Of a stretch of 64,000 nt of DNA, positions 28,142 to 37,410 are shown piece by piece. Source of the DNA: an uncultured Acidobacteriota bacterium. GTDB taxonomy: Bacteria > Acidobacteriota > Thermoanaerobaculia > Multivoradales > SZUA-115. Every line of letters begins with the position of its first letter. Position 1 is the first letter of the stretch. The stretch is taken from contig CAWDVR010000003.1 in NCBI GenBank assembly GCA_963805975.1, positions 192,001 to 256,000 on the forward strand, in the 5' to 3' direction. Position numbers and translations under genes: made by a program. Below the pieces are notes generated by a model. The model made no database searches. It had not been told where the DNA came from and saw only the letters and a program-made list of their open reading frames with translations.

Positions 28142-29020
28142 ATCGGCCATCCATCTCCAGTTTTTCTGACCGGGCTCGCCCTGGTCTGCTTCGCTGCCAA
28201 CTCGCTGCTCTGCCGGCTGGCGCTGGGCTCGGGGACGATCGACGCGGCGAGCTTCTCGACGGTTCGGCTGGTGGCCGGGGCGGGCATGCTGTGGCTGGTC
28301 GCGCGCCTCCACGCGAGGAGGCGGCGCGCTCCGCTGGGGGGCACCTGGGTGTCGGCGGCGATGCTCTTCGGCTACGCGGTGGCGTTCTCGTTCGCCTACC
28401 TGAGCCTGGCCGCCGGCACCGGCGCGCTCATTCTCTTCGGCTCGGTGCAGGTGACGATGATCCTCGCCGCGCTCCTCGCCGGCGAACGGCCACGAGCGCG
28501 CGAGTGGGTGGGCCTCGCGGTGGCGGTCGGCGGGCTCGTCTACCTGGTGTCCCCCGGTCTCTCGGCGCCGTCGCCGGCCGGCTCTCTCGTGATGGTGCTG
28601 GCGGGTGTGGCCTGGGGCCGCTACTCGATCCGCGGCCGGGGCGCCTCGGACCCGCTGGCCGAGACTGCCGGCAACTTCGTCCGCGCCGTGCCGTTCGGGG
28701 TCGCCGTGAGCCTCCTGACCCTGGATCAGCTCCACACCTCGCCGCGCGGCATCGCCCTCGCCGCGGTGTCCGGCGCTCTCACCTCGGGGCTGGGGTACGT
28801 GGTGTGGTACGCGGCGCTCCGCGGCCTCTCCGGCACCCGGGCGGCCATCGTGCAGCTCGCGGTGCCGGTGCTCGCGGCGCTCGGCGGGATCGCCCTGCTG
28901 GGAGAGGCCCTGTCGGTACGCTTGGCCCTCTCGGCTCTGCTGATCCTCGGCGGGATCGGTTTCGCGGTCTCCGTTCGCTCCCGGAACGTGGTCATCCCGG
29001 AACCGGACGCCGCTTCATGA
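28142..29020 (+). CDS. DMT/EamA family transporter
   Basis: LTGLALVCFAANSLLCRLAL..IDAASF..RL, FSFAY..L..GTGALILFG.VQ, SGLGY.VWY, AAIVQL.VP; frame open upstream of GTG 28271; start codon non-canonical or uncertain. Confidence 0.85.
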   Translation: MGHPSPVFLTGLALVCFAANSLLCRLALGSGTIDAASFSTVRLVAGAGMLWLVARLHARRRRAPLGGTWVSAAMLFGYAVAFSFAYLSLAAGTGALILFGSVQVTMILAALLAGERPRAREWVGLAVAVGGLVYLVSPGLSAPSPAGSLVMVLAGVAWGRYSIRGRGASDPLAETAGNFVRAVPFGVAVSLLTLDQLHTSPRGIALAAVSGALTSGLGYVVWYAALRGLSGTRAAIVQLAVPVLAALGGIALLGEALSVRLALSALLILGGIGFAVSVRSRNVVIPEPDAAS

Positions 29021-29105
29021 GCCGCAAGGCCTGAGCGCCACACGGCGGGCCTCCTCGCCCTGGCACGCCGGTTGCCCCGGGAACCCGGACGGAGGGATCC
29101 CATCG

Positions 29106-31520
29106 ATGGGCACCTGGCTGCAGGATCTCCGTTACTCGCTGCGCGCGCTGCTGGCCCGGCCGGGCTTCACGGCTCTGGTGGTGGGCATCCTGGCCCTGGG
29201 GCTGGGCGCCAACGTCACGGTGTTCAGCGTGGTCCAGGGCGTCCTGCTCCGGCCGCTGGCGATGCAGGAGCCCGAGCGGCTGGTGCGGCTCTTCCAGTCC
29301 TTCCCCGCGCAAGGGCTCGAGCGGCTGACGGTCTCGCGTCCCGACGCGGAGGACTGGGCCGCGGCGAGCCACGAGCTTTCGGCGCTCGGTCTCTACAGCA
29401 CGTTGCCGAGCGGCCTCGTCTTGCTGGCCGACCCGCCGGCCCAGGTCTCGACCGCTTACGTCTCGGGGAGCTTCTTCCCGACCGTGGGGACTGCCGCGGC
29501 CCGCGGCCGCACGCTGACCCCCGAGGACGAGCGGGGCAACGACCGGGTGGTGGTGCTCTCGGACCGCTCCTGGCACCGGCGTTTCGGTGCCGACCCCGCC
29601 GTCGTGGGCTCCACCGTGACGCTCGACGGCGAGCCCTTCACCATCGCCGGCGTGATGCCACCCGCGTTCAGCTTCCCGTCGGCCGGGGTGGAGATGTGGG
29701 CGCCGCTCAGCCTCATCCCGCCGGACTCCATCCCCAGGACGCGCCGGGTGCGCTGGCTGGGCTCGGTGGGGCGGCTGGCCCCGGGCTCGACCCCGGAAAA
29801 GGCCCAGGCCGAGCTCTCCGGCATCGCGCGCGGCCTCGCGGAGAGCTTCCCGGACTCGAACGCCGGCGCCACGGTCGTCGAAGTGATGCCGCTCCAGGAG
29901 CACCTGGTGGGCGGGGTCCAGGCCGCGCTCACCGCGCTCCTCGCGGCCGTCGGCCTGGTCCTGCTGATCGCCTGCGCCAACGTCGCCAACCTGCTTCTGG
30001 CCCGTGGTCTCGCCGGGCAGCGGCGGCTCACCATCGCCGCCGCGCTGGGCGCCGGCCGCGCCCGGCTCGTGCGCCAGCTCCTGATCGAGAGCCTGCTGCT
30101 CGCCCTGGCGGGCTGTGCGCTGGGGCTGCTCGCCGCCGGCTGGGCGATCGATGCCCTCGGGGCGCTGGCCGGCGAGCTGCTGCCGCGCGCCGGCGAGGTG
30201 GCGCTCGACGGCCGCGCCATAGCCTTCGGGCTGGGGGCGGCGCTGGTGACCGCCTTGCTCTGCGGTCTGGCCCCGGCCCTGCGGCTCACCCGGCCCGCCT
30301 TGGCCAGCGGCCTGGGCGCCAAGGGTGCGGCGGCTTCCGGCTCGTCGCGCCTCCACGGCGTGCTGGTGGTGGTCGAGGTGGCGCTCGCCCTGACGCTGAT
30401 GATCGGCGCCGGCCTGGTGGTCCGCAGCCTGACGCGGCTGGCCGAGGTCAACCCCGGCTTCGACCCCAAGGGCCTCCTCGCCGTCAGCTTCACGCTGCCG
30501 GACCACCGCTACCCCGACCGCACGAGCGCCCAGCCCGCCTACCACGACATCCTCGAGCGCGTGCGCTCGCTCCCCGGGGTGGAGTCCGCGGCCTCGATCA
30601 AGGTGCTGCCGCTCGCCCAGGACGGCGAGCGCTTCACCTTCACTCTCGACGGCGAGCCGGCGCCCGCACCCGGAGCCGAGCCCTGGGCCGAGGCCTACCC
30701 GGTGAGCACGGGTTTCTTCCGCACTCTGGGCGTGCCGCTCGCCGGGCGGGACTTCACCCCGGCGGACCGTACCGACGCGCCGCTGGTGGCGGTGGTCAGC
30801 CAGTCCCTGGCCCGCCGCTACTTTCCCGGCACCGACCCGGTGGGCCGCAGGCTGCGGTTCGGGGAGAGGACGGTCGAGATCGTCGGCCTGGCCGGCGACC
30901 TCAAGGGAGAGAATCTGGCCGAGGAGCCGGCTCCCACGCTCTACGTTCACCAGGAGCAGATCTGGCGGGTCGTCATCACGCTGGTGGTGCGGGCGACCGG
31001 CGACCCGGCCCAGCTCTTCCGGCCGGTGCAGCAGGCGATCTGGGCGGTGGACCGCGAACAGCCGATCGCCTACGCCGCGACCCTCGAGCAGATGATGTCC
31101 GAGACCCTCGCCGCCTCCCGTTTCTTCACCCTCCTCCTCGCCGGCTTCGCCGGCACCGCACTGGTGCTCGCGGCCCTGGGGATCTACGGCGTGCTGTCCT
31201 TCGCCGTCGAGCGGCGCACGCGCGAGATCGGCGTGCGGGTGGCGGTGGGAGCGCGCGGCTCGCAGGTGCTCGGCCTGGTCATCGGTCGCGGCATGGCGCT
31301 GGTGGTGCCCGGCCTCGTGGCCGGCTCCGCCGCAGCCTTCGCCCTCCTCCGCCTCGCCGCACCGAGGCTCTCGCCGCACCTCTACGGCGTGGGGGTCACC
31401 GACCCCCTGACCTTCGCGGCCGTGCCCGCGCTGCTGGCCCTGGTGGCGCTCCTCGCCTGCTACCTGCCCGGCCGCCGCGCCGCGCGCATCGACCCGGTGA
31501 GGGCGCTGCGCGCGGAGTGA
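29106..31520 (+). CDS. ABC transporter permease, ADOP (MacB/FtsX duplicated) family
   Basis: QDLRYSLR.L...PGF, LALGLGAN..VFS, LLIACANVANLLLARG, GIYGVLS..V..RTREIGVR.A.GA, P.RRAARIDP..ALRAE. Confidence 0.95.
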   Translation: MGTWLQDLRYSLRALLARPGFTALVVGILALGLGANVTVFSVVQGVLLRPLAMQEPERLVRLFQSFPAQGLERLTVSRPDAEDWAAASHELSALGLYSTLPSGLVLLADPPAQVSTAYVSGSFFPTVGTAAARGRTLTPEDERGNDRVVVLSDRSWHRRFGADPAVVGSTVTLDGEPFTIAGVMPPAFSFPSAGVEMWAPLSLIPPDSIPRTRRVRWLGSVGRLAPGSTPEKAQAELSGIARGLAESFPDSNAGATVVEVMPLQEHLVGGVQAALTALLAAVGLVLLIACANVANLLLARGLAGQRRLTIAAALGAGRARLVRQLLIESLLLALAGCALGLLAAGWAIDALGALAGELLPRAGEVALDGRAIAFGLGAALVTALLCGLAPALRLTRPALASGLGAKGAAASGSSRLHGVLVVVEVALALTLMIGAGLVVRSLTRLAEVNPGFDPKGLLAVSFTLPDHRYPDRTSAQPAYHDILERVRSLPGVESAASIKVLPLAQDGERFTFTLDGEPAPAPGAEPWAEAYPVSTGFFRTLGVPLAGRDFTPADRTDAPLVAVVSQSLARRYFPGTDPVGRRLRFGERTVEIVGLAGDLKGENLAEEPAPTLYVHQEQIWRVVITLVVRATGDPAQLFRPVQQAIWAVDREQPIAYAATLEQMMSETLAASRFFTLLLAGFAGTALVLAALGIYGVLSFAVERRTREIGVRVAVGARGSQVLGLVIGRGMALVVPGLVAGSAAAFALLRLAAPRLSPHLYGVGVTDPLTFAAVPALLALVALLACYLPGRRAARIDPVRALRAE

Positions 31521-31533
31521 GATGTACTGGAAG

Positions 31534-31566
31534 GCTGCATGATGTGGAGACATGATATCGTGCAGC
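31534..31566 (+). promoter_or_regulatory. Inverted repeat, likely TA autoregulatory operator
   Basis: GCTGCATGAT ... ATCGTGCAGC (one mismatch) directly upstream of the antitoxin ATG. Confidence 0.5.
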
Positions 31567-31567
31567 A

Positions 31568-31828
31568 ATGCCTGCCTCCTCCGAGATCACCAGCGTTACA
31601 GATCGTGGTCAGACCTCCATCCCGGCGGAGCTGCGGCGAGAGCTGAGGCTCGTCAAGGGCCAGCGCCTCCTCTGGGAACGGGTAGGGGAGCGCGAGCTCC
31701 GGGTCCGAGTGCTCGAAGAGGCGCCGCCGCGCGGCGCCGAGGCGATGCGAGGGTTCGCTCGCCGCTTTCGGAAGGAGGCGCGGCCGAGCACCGACTGGAT
31801 GCGCGAGCTGCGTGAAGGGGAGCGCTGA
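31568..31828 (+). CDS. AbrB/MazE/SpoVT family antitoxin
   Basis: SVTDRGQTSIPAELRREL.L..G..L. Confidence 0.88.
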   Translation: MPASSEITSVTDRGQTSIPAELRRELRLVKGQRLLWERVGERELRVRVLEEAPPRGAEAMRGFARRFRKEARPSTDWMRELREGER

Positions 31829-32250
31829 TGGCGTGGGTGGTCGACACCTGCATGGTGATCGACGTCCTGGAGGACGACCCGACGTTCGGAGCCGCTTCCG
31901 CCGCCGTGCTCGACGCTCACCACGCGGCCGGTCTCGTGCTCTGCCCGGTGAGCTACGCGGAGCTGGCCCCGGCCTTCGAGGGTAGTCGCGAGCTTCAGGA
32001 GGAATTCCTGGCCGGCGTGGGCATCAACGCCCAGGTGGACTGGACCCGGGAGGACACCTGGGAAGCTCACCGAGCCTGGTACGCCTATGCTCTGAAGCGC
32101 CGCCGCGGCGCGGTGGGCAAGCGGCCCCTGGCGGACCTGCTGATCGGCGCCTTCGCCAGCCGCCACGAAGGCCTTCTGACCCGCAATCCCACCGACTTCC
32201 AGCCCTTCTTCCCGCAGCTCGTGCTGCGTGGTGGCGAGCCGCGTCCCTGA
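31828..32250 (+). CDS. PIN-domain (VapC) toxin
   Basis: VVDTCMVID, YAEL, ADLLIGAFA, LLTRN..DF; TGATG coupling to the antitoxin. Confidence 0.9.
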   Translation: MAWVVDTCMVIDVLEDDPTFGAASAAVLDAHHAAGLVLCPVSYAELAPAFEGSRELQEEFLAGVGINAQVDWTREDTWEAHRAWYAYALKRRRGAVGKRPLADLLIGAFASRHEGLLTRNPTDFQPFFPQLVLRGGEPRP

Positions 32251-32384
32251 AGAGCTCTCCGGCCTCCGGCCGGGCCCGGCGAGCTGTCTAATACCAACTG
32301 CCTTCCTCCTCGTCCTGGTACCTGAAGCCCCATTCGCAGGGCCCAGTCAACCGCCCTGAGCGATCGGGGCAGAGGAGGAGTCCC

Positions 32385-34271
32385 ATGTTTCGTCGCGCCG
32401 TACCGTTCGCTCTCTGTAGTCTGTTGCTGACCTCGTTCGGCTGGGCGCAGGAGCGCACCGCACCCGAGATCGTCACCAAGCGGACCCTGCGCCTGCCCCA
32501 CACCGGCCGTGAGCTCACTGCGGTCAAGACCTTCGACCCGCAGACCGGCGAGAGCCGGGTGCTGGCCTTCGAGAACGGCGTCGAGGTGAATGCCAAGCAG
32601 GCCCTGGCTGCCGAGGACGAGGCGCGCTTCGCCGCCCTCGGCAACCTGCTGCCGTCGCTCGCGAGCCGGCTCGACGACGGCACGACCGGCCGCATCCAGG
32701 TGCTGATGCGTCTGGCGATGGAGGAGCCGTTCCTCGACAAGAGCCGCATCCGCTCGGCGGCGGACGAGGCCGGCTTCACCCTGATGGCGCGGGCCGCCGA
32801 AGAGCGGCTGGTCGCCCGCGCGGGCGCACTTCTCGACGAGAAGCTCGCGCGGCTGGGTGTGGAGGACGCGCGGGTGCTCTCCCGGAGCGGCCCCTTCGTC
32901 GCCGTCGAGCTGCCGGCCGAGGCGGTGCGCCAGCTCTCCCGCGATCGCGGCATCGGTTTCATCGGCCTCTACGGCGAAGAGCGGATCAACGACGCACCGA
33001 CGATCCCGGCGTCGCTGCCCACCACGCGCACCGACTACATGCACTCCTCGGGGAACAAGGGCGCGGGCGTGAAGATCGCGGTGCTCGAGGAGGGGTACCC
33101 CACGCTGCCCATCGCCTGCTTCAACATCGTGGCCCTCCACGACTACAGCCAGCAGACGGATTCGCACCTCACCTTCAGCCCCGGCCTGATCGGCAACCGC
33201 TACAACAACGGCGCCTGCAACGGCACCTGGACGGGCTACGCCCCCGAAGCCTCGGTGGTGATGGCCAACAGCGACAGTTGGGTGGACTCTTTCGAGTGGG
33301 CGAAGAACCAGGGCATCAACGTCGTCACCATGAGCTGGCACACCTTCACGGAGGAGATCAATCCCAATCTTTCGAGCCGCGACATCTTCTTCGACTACTG
33401 GACCACGCAGCCGCCGTATCCGATCGTCTTCACCTCGGCGGGCAACCAGGCGGCGAACGACGCCTATGCCTCCGGCAAGGGCTACAACATCATGGGCGTG
33501 GGCAACGTCCTGAACGACGACGAGGTCGACCGCTGCAACGACAGCATGTCGCCCGACAGCAGCTTCCTCGACCCGGACTCGCCGCACAGCGACCGCGAGG
33601 TGCCGGCGATCGCGTCACCCGGCAGCCTGGTCTCCCTGCTGGGCTCGACCTTCGGCGGTACGAGCGCCGCGACCCCGGTCACGGCCGCGATCACCGCCGA
33701 CCTCCTGTCGCGCAACCCGACGCTCAAGAGCTGGCCGGAAGCGACGCGCGCCATCCTCCTCGCCACCGCCAACTACCAGGGAGCGGACGGACAGAGCTGG
33801 TCGAAGTCGGCAGAGGGCAAGGACGGCACCGGCATGACCAACGCCTACTTCGCCGCGCTGGCCGCGGACACCCGCGAGACCACCACCACGCCACAGTTCC
33901 GTGCCCACGACTACGGCACCCTCTACAACTCGAGCTTCAGCGCCGGCTACCTCACCAAGACTTGGAAGGCGAAGGTCGGCAGCATCCCGTCCCGTGTGCG
34001 CGTGGCGCTGGTGTGGAACAGCAAGGTGGCGGCGACCAACGGCGACCCGTCGTCGAGCGTGCTCGACGCCGATCTCGACCTCATCGTGCAGGCCCCCAAC
34101 GGCACCACGGTGGCGAGCTCCACCTCCTACGACAGCTCCCACGAGTTCGTCGAGTTCGCGCCGACGGTCGCCGGCGACTACACCATCAAGGTGCGGGGCG
34201 TCACCGTGCCCGCCAACTTCACGCGCTACTACGCCGTCGCCTGGACGGCCCACTACGACATCTGCGAGTGA
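32385..34271 (+). CDS. Secreted S8 subtilase with Glu-His-Ser triad and C-terminal PPC-like domain
   Basis: GAGVKIAVLEEG, DSHLT, FTSAGNQ, GGTSAATP, RAILLATA; RVALVW..DLDL....PNG..SS......E.VEF....G.YTIKV. Confidence 0.88.
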   Translation: MFRRAVPFALCSLLLTSFGWAQERTAPEIVTKRTLRLPHTGRELTAVKTFDPQTGESRVLAFENGVEVNAKQALAAEDEARFAALGNLLPSLASRLDDGTTGRIQVLMRLAMEEPFLDKSRIRSAADEAGFTLMARAAEERLVARAGALLDEKLARLGVEDARVLSRSGPFVAVELPAEAVRQLSRDRGIGFIGLYGEERINDAPTIPASLPTTRTDYMHSSGNKGAGVKIAVLEEGYPTLPIACFNIVALHDYSQQTDSHLTFSPGLIGNRYNNGACNGTWTGYAPEASVVMANSDSWVDSFEWAKNQGINVVTMSWHTFTEEINPNLSSRDIFFDYWTTQPPYPIVFTSAGNQAANDAYASGKGYNIMGVGNVLNDDEVDRCNDSMSPDSSFLDPDSPHSDREVPAIASPGSLVSLLGSTFGGTSAATPVTAAITADLLSRNPTLKSWPEATRAILLATANYQGADGQSWSKSAEGKDGTGMTNAYFAALAADTRETTTTPQFRAHDYGTLYNSSFSAGYLTKTWKAKVGSIPSRVRVALVWNSKVAATNGDPSSSVLDADLDLIVQAPNGTTVASSTSYDSSHEFVEFAPTVAGDYTIKVRGVTVPANFTRYYAVAWTAHYDICE

Positions 34272-34281
34272 GCGGGTGAGA

Positions 34282-34325
34282 CCTTCGCGCCGGCTCAGAT
34301 GGCCGGCGCGGGGGCGGTTTTTGTT
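34282..34325 (+). terminator. Probable intrinsic terminator after the subtilase
   Basis: CGCGCCGGC-TCAGATG-GCCGGCGCG stem followed by GGTTTTTGTT. Confidence 0.55.
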
Positions 34326-34343
34326 CACACCTCCAGCTCATCT

Positions 34344-34373
34344 TTGACCGATGTGGCCACATGAGACTACATT
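34344..34373 (+). promoter_or_regulatory. Promoter with perfect 12-bp palindromic operator
   Basis: TTGACC 34344-49, ATGTGGCCACAT 34351-62, TACATT 34368-73; ATG 6 nt downstream. Confidence 0.65.
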
Positions 34374-34379
34374 GACGGC

Positions 34380-34640
34380 ATGCGAGCTGTCGGCCTGCGC
34401 GACCTGAAGAACGCTCGCCAAGCCCGGCCTGGCTGCGCAGCTCCTCACCGCTGAACGAGGCGACTCCTGATCCTCTACGCCGAATCCAGCGCTGTTCGCA
34501 CTCTCGACGCTATCCACCTGGCCAGCGCAATGCGGCTCCAGGCAGCCCTACCTGAGCTGCACGTCCTGAGCCTGGACCAGCGGATTCGTGACAACGCACG
34601 CCACCTCGGGCTGCGATTGCTTCCCGCCGAGAACGCCTGA
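34380..34640 (+). pseudogene. Internally deleted Phd/YefM antitoxin plus VapC toxin pair
   Basis: MRAVGLRDLKN (Phd start) joined out of frame to LAKPGLAAQLLTAERGDS* (ends 34470); overlapping 34467-34640 ILYAESSAV joined directly to RTLDAIHLASA..VLSLDQRIRDNARHLG (PIN N- and C-terminal motifs, middle missing). Confidence 0.8.
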
Positions 34641-34836
34641 CGCCGCGCTCGTAGCCGCGGAAGCGCAGCCTGAGGTGCCGGCCCGGATTGCCCTCCCCAG
34701 TTCTCCCGCCGGAAGTACGGTGGCGCCTGTCCTGCTGCCTGTGGCTAAAGCCCCCAGCTGTCTGTCAGGCCCCGTCACCGCAGGGGCCAGACTGCGATCG
34801 CCGTGATACCGTCCCGCTGCCTTCAGGACCCCCGCC

Positions 34837-35367
34837 ATGCCCAGCCTTCCCGACCACGCTGACGAGCCCGTAGCCAGTCTCGACCTGGCCGTGCCGCTCG
34901 TTCCTCGGCCCGGCCGGCCGGAAGCGGCGGCGGCGATCTGGCGCTGGCGGGAGGGGCAGGGGCAGGCCACTGGAACGGCGCCCGCGGTGCTGCGCCGCGA
35001 GGGTGCGCTCCGGGCGCTGATCGGCAGCCTGGTGGGCGGAGCGCTCTTCGTCTTCGGGCAGGCCAGCCTGGCCTTCGTGGCGTGGAGCGTCTCCGCGCTC
35101 GTGCTGCTCGCTGCTCTGGCCTCCCCGGCAGGTGCCTACGCTGCCATCGGCCGCGGGCTCGAGGCCTTCGGGCGGCTGGTGGGCCGGCTGCTCGCGGTCC
35201 TGCTGCTGACGCCGGTCTTCTTCCTCTTCTTCGTGCCCTTCGGGCTGCTCTTCCGGCGCGGCCGGCGCGATCGGCTGGAGCGCTGGTTCGACCGCGCGGC
35301 GCCCAGCTACTGGCACTGCCGCGAAGCCGTTCCCAGGACGCGCGAGTCCTACGAGAAGGCCTTCTAG
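34837..35367 (+). CDS. SxtJ-like membrane protein
   Basis: TM helices; LL.PVFFLFFVPFGLLFR..RRD.L.......SYW.......YEK.F. Confidence 0.75.
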   Translation: MPSLPDHADEPVASLDLAVPLVPRPGRPEAAAAIWRWREGQGQATGTAPAVLRREGALRALIGSLVGGALFVFGQASLAFVAWSVSALVLLAALASPAGAYAAIGRGLEAFGRLVGRLLAVLLLTPVFFLFFVPFGLLFRRGRRDRLERWFDRAAPSYWHCREAVPRTRESYEKAF

Positions 35368-35387
35368 CCGGCCGTCGAGATCCGCCC

Positions 35388-37235
35388 ATGAAGATCCTGG
35401 GATTGAGCGCCTACTACCACGACTCGGCCGCCTGCCTGGTAGACGACGGGCTGATCGTGGCCGCGGCGCAAGAAGAGCGGTTCACGCGCAAGAAGCACGA
35501 CGCCGGCTTCCCCGCCAACGCCGTCCGCTACTGCCTGGCCGAGGGCTGCATCGAGAAGGCGGGCCTCGATGCAGTCGTCTTCTACGACAAGCCGATCCTC
35601 AAGTTCCACCGCCTGCTCGAGACCTATCTCTCGGTCGCGCCGCGGGGCCTCGGCCAGTTCCTGTCCGCCGTGCCCTTGTGGCTCAAGGACCGGCTGTGGG
35701 TGGCGCCGGAGATCCAGGCCGCGCTCCAGGCCCTGGGGCTCGAAGAGCCGCCCGCGGTCCGCTTCGCCGAGCACCACGAGTCGCACGCGGCGAGCGCTTT
35801 CTATCCTTCGCCGTTCGAGGAGGCCGCGACGCTGACGCTCGACGGCGTGGGCGAGTGGTCGACCACCACGATCGGCGTCGGCGAGGGCCACCGGCTGCGG
35901 CTGGTCGAGGAGATCCGCTTCCCACACTCGCTGGGGCTGCTCTACTCGGCCTTCACCTACTTCACGGGCTTCCGGGTCAACTCCGGCGAGTACAAGCTGA
36001 TGGGGCTGGCGCCCTACGGCGAGCCGGTCTACCGCGACCGCATCCTCCGGGATCTCGTGGACCTCAAGGCCGACGGCTCCTTCCACCTCGACCTCTCCTA
36101 TTTCGACTATCTCGCCGGCTGGCGGATGACGAGCCGCCGCTTCGAGAAGCTCTTCGGGGGGCCGCCGCGCTCGCCCGAGTCGCCGATCACCCGCCGCGAG
36201 ATGGACCTCGCGCGCTCGGTGCAGGCGGTGACCGAGGAGATCGTGCTCCGCGGCGCGCGTCACGCGCGCCAGGTCACCGGCAAGCGGAACCTGTGCCTCG
36301 CCGGCGGCGTGGCCCTCAACTGCGTGGCCAACGGCGTGCTGCTGCGGGAAGGGGTGTTCGACGAGATCTGGATCCAGCCCGCGGCGGGAGACGCCGGCGG
36401 CGCGGTGGGCGCTGCGCTGGCGTACTACCACCTGGGGCTGGACCACCCGCGGCCAGCACCGGCCAACCGCCGCCGGCCGGGCGGGGACGGCATGCAGGGC
36501 GGCTACCTCGGGCCGGAGTTCTCGAACCCGGCGATCCAGGAGTTCCTCGACGCCAAGGGCTACCCGTACCGCCGGCTCGCTGCCGGGAGCTGGGCCGACG
36601 AGGTCGCCGGCCTGCTCGCGGAGGAGAACGTCGTCGGCCTCGTCCAGGGGCGCATGGAGTTCGGGCCGCGGGCGCTCGGCAACCGCTCGATCCTGGGCGA
36701 CGCGCGCTCGCCCAAGATGCAGTCGGTGATGAACCTGAAGATCAAGCATCGCGAGAGCTTCCGGCCCTTCGCACCGGCGGTGCTCGAGGAGCGGGTGGGG
36801 GACTATTTCGTGCTCGACTGCCCCTCGCCCTACATGCTGCTGGTGGCGGAGGTGCGGCCGGAGCGCTGCCTGCCGCGGCAGGGCGACGAGCGGGATCTGC
36901 CGCTCGTCGAGTGGGTGAACCGGCCGCGCTCGGACGTGCCGGCCATCACCCACGTGGACGGCTCGGCGCGCGTCCAGACCGTGTCGCGCGCCACCAACCC
37001 GCGCTTCCACGCGCTGCTCGAAGCCTTTGCGGCGAAGACCGGCTACGGCGTGCTGATCAACACCAGCTTCAACGTGCGCGGCGAGCCCATCGTCTGCACC
37101 CCCGAGGACGCCTATCGCTGCTTCATGCGCACCGAGATGGACTACCTCGTGCTCGAGGATTTCGTGCTCGCCCGGCGCGAGCAGCCGGGCTGGGAGGAGC
37201 AGGGGAACTGGCGCGAGACGTTCGTGCTGGATTAG
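35388..37235 (+). CDS. O-carbamoyltransferase, NodU/CmcH family
   Basis: ILGLSAYYHDSAA, EERF.RKKH, EHHESHAASAF, PHSLGLLYS, GEYKLMGLAPYG, GGVALNC, EFGPRALGNRS, RESFRPFAP, NTSFN. Confidence 0.97.
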   Translation: MKILGLSAYYHDSAACLVDDGLIVAAAQEERFTRKKHDAGFPANAVRYCLAEGCIEKAGLDAVVFYDKPILKFHRLLETYLSVAPRGLGQFLSAVPLWLKDRLWVAPEIQAALQALGLEEPPAVRFAEHHESHAASAFYPSPFEEAATLTLDGVGEWSTTTIGVGEGHRLRLVEEIRFPHSLGLLYSAFTYFTGFRVNSGEYKLMGLAPYGEPVYRDRILRDLVDLKADGSFHLDLSYFDYLAGWRMTSRRFEKLFGGPPRSPESPITRREMDLARSVQAVTEEIVLRGARHARQVTGKRNLCLAGGVALNCVANGVLLREGVFDEIWIQPAAGDAGGAVGAALAYYHLGLDHPRPAPANRRRPGGDGMQGGYLGPEFSNPAIQEFLDAKGYPYRRLAAGSWADEVAGLLAEENVVGLVQGRMEFGPRALGNRSILGDARSPKMQSVMNLKIKHRESFRPFAPAVLEERVGDYFVLDCPSPYMLLVAEVRPERCLPRQGDERDLPLVEWVNRPRSDVPAITHVDGSARVQTVSRATNPRFHALLEAFAAKTGYGVLINTSFNVRGEPIVCTPEDAYRCFMRTEMDYLVLEDFVLARREQPGWEEQGNWRETFVLD

Positions 37236-37245
37236 AGTGGCCGCG

Positions 37246-37410
37246 ATGAGCAAGCTCCGCTACAGCGCCACCCTGGCGAAAGAGTTCCTCGAGTTCGCCC
37301 GCACCCACAAGGCGTACTGGATCGTGCCGCTGCTCCTGGTGCTCGGCCTGGTGGGCATCCTGATCGCCGCCGGCCAGGTCTCGGCGCCGTTCATCTACAC
37401 GATTTTCTAG
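37246..37410 (+). CDS. DUF5989/SxtK-like small membrane protein (54 aa, absent from the ORF track)
   Basis: MSKLRYSATLAKEFLEFARTHKAYWIVPLLLVLGLVGILIAAGQVSAPFIYTIF*; K.YW..P and APFIYT.F signatures. Confidence 0.9.
   Translation: MSKLRYSATLAKEFLEFARTHKAYWIVPLLLVLGLVGILIAAGQVSAPFIYTIF

Noticed and set aside
34837-37410. Saxitoxin biosynthesis
   Set aside because: Only sxtI/J/K-like genes are present; no sxtA, sxtG or other core genes, and this triad is common elsewhere.
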